This document shows positions 8,203 to 13,631 of a stretch of DNA of 13,631 nt, piece by piece; positions within the stretch are counted from its first letter, which is position 1; every line of letters starts with the position of its first letter. Source of the stretch: Candidatus Hermodarchaeota archaeon. Its GTDB lineage: Archaea; Asgardarchaeota; Thorarchaeia; Thorarchaeales; Thorarchaeaceae. The stretch is from positions 1-13,631 of the forward strand of contig JBHLLF010000062.1 of assembly GCA_048885865.1 (NCBI GenBank), written 5' to 3'. The translations under genes were made by a program, and so were the position numbers. The notes under the pieces were generated by a model, which searched no databases, was not told the DNA's origin, and saw nothing but the letters and a program-made list of their open reading frames with translations.

Positions 8203-9177
8203 ATGACAATAGCAATTCACGAAAGTGCATTGATTCGTCACTTCAACACGCGCAAGGAAGTCTTGCGAGCTTGGGAGGAAAGAATTGGGTGTAGGTTTTC
8301 TCCATTTAGGGGATACAAGATGCCTGACTCCAGACTATATGTGGAGCACCCTGATTTTCTCGATAGCATTGTTGATTTGATAATCACGAATGAGAGACAC
8401 ATCTTTCTCAGAGGGCCGGTGGGTTCAGGAAAGAGTACTCTCATGTTGCTGGCTCTCAGAGACCTGCCTACCCTAGCAGATCGTCGAGGAAACAAATTCG
8501 TCACCGGATATGTTGGGATGACTGGCCTCTATGAGAAACAGATGTCAGCGGCAATAGCAGACTCGTTGAGAGTGAAATACCGTAGATCTTGGGAATCAAG
8601 TCAGATTGTAGAATCAATTGCCCAAGAATGTGTGAGAAGATATACTGAAGAGAAAAGCCGCACGGCCCTATTTGTGGAAGATGTTGCTGATAACCAAGAA
8701 GCAGCATTCCACAAGCTCAGATACCTTGCAGACCTGCCCACTCAGGAGATGAAAGAGGACAATCCAGAGGTATTAGATGAGCCAATTATCACTCTGATAA
8801 TGTCAGGGACTGCGGTTTACTGGAACGCAATGCTAAGCTTCTTGCCGCAAATTGCTGATAGAACTGAGCCACTTGATGTTCCTGCTTTAGACGATGAGAA
8901 AGCCAAGGAGTTCATTGGCAGAAGAATTGCATATGCAAAGGGACAGATTGACACCTTTGATGCGAACAGCTATGATATCTACCCATTCGTTGATGATGCT
9001 GTGATGGTCATCAATAGAGCAGCCAAGGGCAATCCACGTGACATTCGTATGCTGTCAAGAGGATGTCAACAGGTGGCTGCAGAGAACTTTAGGCAGAATG
9101 GCAATCCGGAAGTTAACAGAGAGATTGCAGAACTTGTATCGGATGCCTATGCAACAATACTGAGAGAGGTGCGTTAG
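8203..9177 (+). CDS. AAA+ ATPase (ExeA/AAA_22-like), stand-alone
   Basis: Walker A GPVGSGKS, variant Walker B ALFVED, LIMSG strand, QIADR (Arg-finger position), GNPRDI (sensor-2); GAGGT SD. Confidence 0.85.
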   Translation: MTIAIHESALIRHFNTRKEVLRAWEERIGCRFSPFRGYKMPDSRLYVEHPDFLDSIVDLIITNERHIFLRGPVGSGKSTLMLLALRDLPTLADRRGNKFVTGYVGMTGLYEKQMSAAIADSLRVKYRRSWESSQIVESIAQECVRRYTEEKSRTALFVEDVADNQEAAFHKLRYLADLPTQEMKEDNPEVLDEPIITLIMSGTAVYWNAMLSFLPQIADRTEPLDVPALDDEKAKEFIGRRIAYAKGQIDTFDANSYDIYPFVDDAVMVINRAAKGNPRDIRMLSRGCQQVAAENFRQNGNPEVNREIAELVSDAYATILREVR

Positions 9178-9179
9178 GT

Positions 9180-9467
9180 TTGAGTGTTCTGAAAAAGTAT
9201 AGGGATGCTGGTGAAGAAGAAAGGGAATCGGTTGCAGAGTCACGAACGAGAGTTGCAGTAGAGAAACCGAAAGCAATGATTGCTGTACCCAATAAGGAAA
9301 GGAAAAGTCCAATCGTGTCATTCTCGTTCACGACCGAGCTTCGATCTTGTCTTCAGGATGTGCGAAATGAAAGGGCAATCAACCTGAGTATGTGGGTTGA
9401 AAGAAAACTTTGGAAAGCACTGACCGAAGAGTTCCCAGACATAGCCGACAAGCATCATGAGGGCTGA
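9180..9467 (+). CDS. Small predicted ribbon-helix-helix DNA-binding protein with charged N-terminal tail
   Basis: TTG start 2 nt after the ATPase stop, with GAGGTG SD at 9166-9171. C-terminal IVSFSF (strand), TELRSCLQDVRNER (helix), AINLS turn, MWVERKLWKALTEE (helix). Fold inferred from pattern. Confidence 0.7.
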   Translation: MSVLKKYRDAGEEERESVAESRTRVAVEKPKAMIAVPNKERKSPIVSFSFTTELRSCLQDVRNERAINLSMWVERKLWKALTEEFPDIADKHHEG

Positions 9468-9499
9468 CTGCTCTCAGCATGAAGAAACAGCATTATTGT

Positions 9500-9521
9500 T
9501 ATAATACGTGTAATACAATCA
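9500..9521. repeat. 9-bp-phased site array downstream of the ATPase-RHH operon
   Basis: TATAATACG TGTAATACA (9500-9517); 9509-9521 is the exact reverse complement of 8158-8170. Confidence 0.75.
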
Positions 9522-9523
9522 TA

Positions 9524-9539
9524 TCTAGTCGTAACTAGA
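9524..9539. terminator. Short hairpin between convergent genes
   Basis: TCTAGT-CGTA-ACTAGA. Confidence 0.3.
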
Positions 9540-9544
9540 CCTGC

Positions 9545-10942
9545 TCAATCCCTTTTGGATGCGTGCATCTCTGAGTATTCCGTAACTCTTGCAATACACA
9601 ATGCAGCTATGGCCGGGTCGTCATAACAAGGAATACGATTCATCTCAAGTAGATCCTTTCCTGGTTTTCCAACATCACCTGCAAGCCATACTCCAACAAC
9701 GGGTTTCTTGACGTCTGCAGTTCGTATCCCTTCCAGGGTGCCTGCAGCATGTTCTGTTTGAGTCATTCCGGCAAAGGTCGGAACTCCGCATATCACCATT
9801 AGCATGTCTATGTTAGGATCTTTGAGCATCAGTTCTGTGGTAATTCGATATTCCTTTCTCCCTCCACTTGCTACAACATCTACAGGATTCTCTACTGACG
9901 CCATGGGAGATAGAACCTCCCTTAATTCCTGGCTTGTTTCTCGTTCTAGTGAAGGGATGTTCAGCTCGAAACTAGCTGATGCGTCTGTCGCAAGAACGCC
10001 TGCTCCTCCTGTATTACTGATAATACCAATATTACGTCCTTCTGGTAGAGGCTGGTAGTCAAACAATTTGGCAACCTCAAGAAAGGTATCAAGAGAAGGT
10101 GCTGTTACACAGCCGGCTTGTCGAATCATACCATCAAATACAGCTGTTGAACCCGCTAGGGATCCTGTGTGAGACTGGGTTGCCCGACTACCAGGCTCGC
10201 TTCTCCCACCCTTAAGCACTATGACTGGTTTCTGTCTAGCGGCTCTGCTGAGGGACTCAAAGAAAGCACGGCCGTCATCTACCCCCTCTACATAGACCAT
10301 AATCACAGTGGTCTTTGAATCGTTAGTGAAGTAATCCAGAATCTCTACAAAGCTGACATCAGCTGAGTTACCAATGCTGGCAAACTTACTAAGACCTATA
10401 CGCTTGACACGTGTGTTGTAGATGAGCATACCACCAAGTGCTCCACTCTGGGAGATTAGTGAGATATTCCCTCTCTCAGGCATCATAGTGAAAGTGCCAT
10501 TGAACAACCTGCTGTTGGAAACACCTACACAATTAGGTCCAATTATTCTGACTCCAGCCTCTTGGGCGGCTTTGACAAGCTCGTCCTCAAGTTGCGAGCC
10601 TTGTGGACCAGTTTCACTGAAACCGCCCGATATCACCACTGCAGCTCTCGCACCTGCTTCTCGGACCTGACTCATCAAGTCCGGACAATATTCTGCTGCA
10701 ACAGCAACTATGACCAAGTCGACAGGCTCAGGAATATTGGCAAGACTTGAATATGCCTTGACTCCAAGGACTTGTTCTCTGCTGCGAGTCACTGGATAGA
10801 TGTCGATCTCGGACGTGAGGAGATTCATGAGAATGGAATTGCCTAGCTTCCGATAGTCAGATGATGCACCAACAAGGGCAACCCGTGAAGGATTGAAAAA
10901 GGAATCAATCTCATCGAATCTCTTTGGGCCCAGACTGGTCAT
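9545..10942 (-). CDS. acdA: Acetate/acyl-CoA ligase (ADP-forming), alpha subunit
   Basis: FFNPSRVALVGAS, ISGGFSETG, IIGPNCVG, SQSGALG, catalytic SHTGSLAG, NPVD; start placed at ATG 10942 (MTSLGPK). Confidence 0.92.
   Translation of the reverse strand: MTSLGPKRFDEIDSFFNPSRVALVGASSDYRKLGNSILMNLLTSEIDIYPVTRSREQVLGVKAYSSLANIPEPVDLVIVAVAAEYCPDLMSQVREAGARAAVVISGGFSETGPQGSQLEDELVKAAQEAGVRIIGPNCVGVSNSRLFNGTFTMMPERGNISLISQSGALGGMLIYNTRVKRIGLSKFASIGNSADVSFVEILDYFTNDSKTTVIMVYVEGVDDGRAFFESLSRAARQKPVIVLKGGRSEPGSRATQSHTGSLAGSTAVFDGMIRQAGCVTAPSLDTFLEVAKLFDYQPLPEGRNIGIISNTGGAGVLATDASASFELNIPSLERETSQELREVLSPMASVENPVDVVASGGRKEYRITTELMLKDPNIDMLMVICGVPTFAGMTQTEHAAGTLEGIRTADVKKPVVGVWLAGDVGKPGKDLLEMNRIPCYDDPAIAALCIARVTEYSEMHASKRD
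10010..10036. repeat. Triple 9-bp-phased site array inside acdA
   Basis: TGTATTACT GATAATACC AATATTACG. Confidence 0.7.
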
Positions 10943-10997
10943 GATTCTGAACCAATTATCACTTGATTTATGTCTACCGAGCGAAACGAATGAGTAT

Positions 10998-11015
10998 TGT
11001 ATTACAAGTAATATC
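10998..11015. repeat. 9-bp-phased site array upstream of acdA
   Basis: TGTATTACA AGTAATATC. Confidence 0.75.
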
Positions 11016-12243
11016 ATTCTGGGGTGCTTCTCTTTTGGAAGCGTCTAAGATGCCTACGGTTCTTGCATTCAGACTCCAGAGCATCTTTGATCACCGTCAT
11101 GGTTTCGGGAGACTTCGTCAAGATGTTGTCAAGAGCAGTCAATGAAGCATCGATGACTCGCTTATCCATACTCCTACAAATCAGGTCGACAATGGCATGA
11201 GCGGATGATTCATGGTAGAGATTTCCAAGAGCTGTTATCGATGGCGTGATGATTCTTTGGTCATCAGTCCTCAATAGCTTCTCAAGGTGGGTAATCGAAT
11301 CCAAATGGCGGACAGCAACATGACCATTGATGCATTGTAGAAGCTGTCGATAGGCCTCGCTTGATTTAGAGCTCATGTATTGAGTGACTGCATTATCTAG
11401 CATTGCATTCAGAGTTGGCAAGGAATGAATACTGCCCTTGGAGATAAGACCTTCAATGTCTTGATGCATGATGTGTTCATGAAGTTCTTTGTACATTTGA
11501 TTTGATGGTCCGATGGAGCCCATGCCAGATGCTTCTACTGTTTCAGAAACTGTTATCCTTTGTTTGACTTCTGGTGATACTTGTATTACTGATAATACCA
11601 TATCAAACTGATCCATTGATGTTTTGTTTCCCTTTATCCCAAGATCGGACAGAGCGAGGCGACCATATTCAGAATACCATAATTGTGTAGCATCCACAAG
11701 ATCGCCAGTTCGCTTTAGATTGAGATTAGCTATCTGTTCAACCCGGATTGCCTCAAGCTGTTTGTTGAACTCCTCGAACTTGGTATCTGGAGGGAGATTG
11801 AAGTATAGTGTGTCACCGGATTCTATTTGTTTCATAGCAATCTCTTGAACATGGAAGGTGAAAGACTGTGATGCTTCAGCTAGAGATTTACTCGATTTCA
11901 GCGTTCGAAGAAGACTCACAGTTTCATTCTGTACAGGTTCAAATCCATTGCATGACAACAGGTCGAAAATCATTTCACGGTACTTCAGGGGCTCAATAGG
12001 CTTCTGTTGTTTTCCAAAGCCAGCTGGGGTAGAATACTCCATATTGCCTACATCAATGAGATATTCCAGGGCTGTGTTCCATCCCTTGTCTTGTTCTACA
12101 GTTGCAACGATATCAAGCAAATCCCGGGATCTTCTCTCGCCTATTGCGTTCACGATGTCCTTCAGCGAATTTTCCATCTCAGCTTTTTCTGCACGCTCAC
12201 GACTAGCCTTCAGGAACCACTTGCTATCTCTTTCTTCGGACAC
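11014..12243 (-). CDS. Hypothetical protein (409 aa) with C-terminal HEAT-like repeats
   Basis: Long ORF; probable GTG start at 12243 after GGAG; LEKLLRTDDQRIITPSITALGNL and IVDLICRSMDKRVIDASLTALDNI resemble HEAT/PBS-lyase repeats. Confidence 0.75.
   Translation of the reverse strand: MSEERDSKWFLKASRERAEKAEMENSLKDIVNAIGERRSRDLLDIVATVEQDKGWNTALEYLIDVGNMEYSTPAGFGKQQKPIEPLKYREMIFDLLSCNGFEPVQNETVSLLRTLKSSKSLAEASQSFTFHVQEIAMKQIESGDTLYFNLPPDTKFEEFNKQLEAIRVEQIANLNLKRTGDLVDATQLWYSEYGRLALSDLGIKGNKTSMDQFDMVLSVIQVSPEVKQRITVSETVEASGMGSIGPSNQMYKELHEHIMHQDIEGLISKGSIHSLPTLNAMLDNAVTQYMSSKSSEAYRQLLQCINGHVAVRHLDSITHLEKLLRTDDQRIITPSITALGNLYHESSAHAIVDLICRSMDKRVIDASLTALDNILTKSPETMTVIKDALESECKNRRHLRRFQKRSTPE
11573..11599. 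repeat. Triple 9-bp-phased site array inside the HEAT-like CDS
   Basis: GGTGATACT TGTATTACT GATAATACC. Confidence 0.7.
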
Positions 12244-12311
12244 ACTTGGCCTTACTCCTATAGCATGACTAGAATCATTATCCTGGGTGATAAGACTTTG
12301 TCGAGCTATTC

Positions 12312-12338
12312 TGTATTGTTTGTATCTTTTGTAATACA
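12312..12338. repeat. 9-bp-phased site array, intergenic
   Basis: TGTATTGTT TGTATCTTT TGTAATACA. Confidence 0.7.
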
Positions 12339-12436
12339 ATAAATATTCTACATATGAAAGGCACATTTAGTGAAGCAAGACAGAGGAAATGTCTGCGTTC
12401 TAAGATTAGAACTATGTATACTTGTGACCCTGTAAA

Positions 12437-12633
12437 GTATGAGCATGTTGTGTCAATGATGGCAACTAGTGCTACGGGATTTCCATCCTTTGGCACCCTC
12501 AAACGCCCGTCGTTGGCATCTCTATCTCCTCAAGTAAAAGTACCTCCAAGAAGATCCAATGCCGGTAAGAGTTCGGTGCTGGGAAACCTGAGCTACTTGC
12601 CGCAGATACGACATGCTCGTGCCGTTTCTTTTC
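12437..12633 (+). ncRNA. Candidate rod-like structured non-coding RNA (~190 nt), family unknown
   Basis: 18-bp closing stem 12437-12454/12605-12622 (all Watson-Crick or G-U on + strand), four further nested helices, then T-rich GTTTCTTTTC. Confidence 0.6.
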
Positions 12634-13181
12634 TATACTCCTGGTTCAGCTTTGCGTTTAGACAGCTCGGACTTTAGAACTGTTGATGAAGTGAGTTCTT
12701 CCAACGCCGATAGAATTGTACGTTCTGCTGTACTATAGCTCTCGATTTCTTCGTCGGACAGATCTGCCTTCCCTGCTAGTATATCACGAATCTTCCGATA
12801 ATCGCCAATCCTCGAGGCTATCTCCTCAAATGGCCTGAAGAGTGTGAATTCGAACAGACCAAGATACGCTAGAAGTAGCATTGTGTATAGACAACGCGTC
12901 ACGTTTGTTCGAGCCTGGCCTAGGGTTCTGTTAAACGAACCACGCGAAACTCCACTTCCCTTCCTTTTCAATCTGAGAGCTGCCTTCTCATCATATGGGA
13001 TATGACTCCCATGTTCGTCTTCTACAACGAGGTCTATCAGAAGAGTTTCTAGTTGGACCTTTGTCAGTGTAGATTGATCGAGCAGTGCTTTCAAGATGGG
13101 CTCTTGCAAGACCCTCTGTGCTCCATCCGCAAGTTGCTTCACAGTACCACGCCGTTTGATTTTGGACCTTTTTCGACTCAT
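12633..13181 (-). CDS. Hypothetical protein, possible HTH-type DNA-binding
   Basis: ATG after GAGG; basic N-terminus; STLTKVQLETL...YDEKAALR...GVSRGSFNRTLGQARTNV resembles a helix-turn-helix. Confidence 0.75.
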   Translation of the reverse strand: MSRKRSKIKRRGTVKQLADGAQRVLQEPILKALLDQSTLTKVQLETLLIDLVVEDEHGSHIPYDEKAALRLKRKGSGVSRGSFNRTLGQARTNVTRCLYTMLLLAYLGLFEFTLFRPFEEIASRIGDYRKIRDILAGKADLSDEEIESYSTAERTILSALEELTSSTVLKSELSKRKAEPGV

Positions 13182-13325
13182 ATTTGACAGGCCTCATAAG
13201 GGTGGAAATTGCAAAAAGAGGCTTCATAATGCTTTTTCCAGACCTCAGTCTTGTACATCTGTACGGATACAATTTTGTATACAATTGAACACATAAACCT
13301 TGCCGGCGAGGATTCGTAATATGAG

Positions 13326-13334
13326 TGTAATACA
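13326..13334. repeat. Single perfect 9-mer site, intergenic
   Basis: TGTAATACA, with a degenerate CGTAATATG at 13315-13323. Confidence 0.65.
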
Positions 13335-13352
13335 ACAATTAATAGTAAAGAG

Positions 13353-13631
13353 CTACCTAAATCGAAGTTTCCATTCTGACTCGGGAGGGGTCAACACAAA
13401 CCCCAGGATCAGATTGCCGCGTATCTCATCGAATTTGAAAACGCCAAAAACATAGTTCGTGTTGTTAGTTGACCACTCGACTCTGCCTCGTGTGAGATAA
13501 TGCTGGAATATGGCGCGGCATTGTTTCCGCACCTGTGCGAATAGGTTCCGATACCTTTTCCTCTGAGAAGGCCGAATGCCCCATCTCTCAAGGATGAACC
13601 TATTGGCGAGACTATTGCTCGATATGAGTGT
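13353..13631 (-). CDS. Partial hypothetical protein (C-terminal 92 aa; start outside window)
   Basis: My translation, open from the edge to TAG at 13355-13353: TLISSNSLANRFILERWGIRPSQRKRYRNLF...FGVFKFDEIRGNLILGFVLTPPESEWKLRFR. Confidence 0.7.
   Translation of the reverse strand, partial: TLISSNSLANRFILERWGIRPSQRKRYRNLFAQVRKQCRAIFQHYLTRGRVEWSTNNTNYVFGVFKFDEIRGNLILGFVLTPPESEWKLRFR

Noticed and set aside
8158-9521. 13-bp inverted repeats flanking the ATPase-RHH operon as terminal inverted repeats of a transposon
   Set aside because: No transposase, no clear target duplication, and the same core motif recurs at many other nearby sites.
10943-11017. Longest-ORF N-terminal extensions of acdA (also 12244-12366 and 8024-8092)
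   Set aside because: Extensions cross promoter-like or array sequence; downstream starts fit SD/TATA spacing better.
12455-12607. SECIS or box C/D reading of the hairpin (ATGATGG ... CAGA)
   Set aside because: Boxes are imperfect, spacing is too long, and no in-frame UGA selenoprotein is evident nearby.
12354-12677. 107-aa + strand ORF and 74-aa minus ORF (12278-12502)
   Set aside because: No recognisable protein features; the region is better explained by the RNA structure and motif array.
13365-13392. ORB-like TTCCA...GGAGGGGT
   Set aside because: Lacks the GAAA half of the ORB core, occurs once, and lies inside a CDS.
13409-13591. 60-aa minus ORF in the track
   Set aside because: Another frame on the same strand (13353 to window edge) gives the more protein-like sequence.
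1-13631. CRISPR array
   Set aside because: No regularly spaced 25-40 bp direct repeats and no cas genes seen.

Overview
Archaeal chromosomal segment. The gene set (TFE, MBF1, PAN, NAC, Taw2, A/V-ATPase D, ADP-forming acetate-CoA ligase) is archaeal; an Asgard/Thorarchaeia origin is my inference, not verified. A housekeeping block (TlyA-like methyltransferase, DUF2110, tfe, mbf1, pan, taw2, nac, atpD) fills 1.5-7.7 kb. Three things are not explained by it. (1) A coupled two-gene operon, AAA+ ATPase (8203-9177) plus a small predicted ribbon-helix-helix protein (9180-9467), lies inside a cluster of at least nine sites of a pseudo-palindromic 9-mer (TGTAWTACA), mostly as 9-bp-phased tandem arrays. 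These sit at the operon promoter, between convergent genes and inside coding sequences, including an exact 19-bp duplicate in two unrelated genes. This is the layout of an ATPase/adaptor/centromere partition system, but with an AAA+ rather than ParA, actin or tubulin motor. (2) A tRNA-Val(TAC) gene breaks off in the T-arm and is followed by a >=445-aa ORF, absent from the ORF track, with four tandem HTH repeats and at least two HNH-like Zn modules. (3) An unannotated ~190-nt rod-like structured RNA candidate at 12437-12633.
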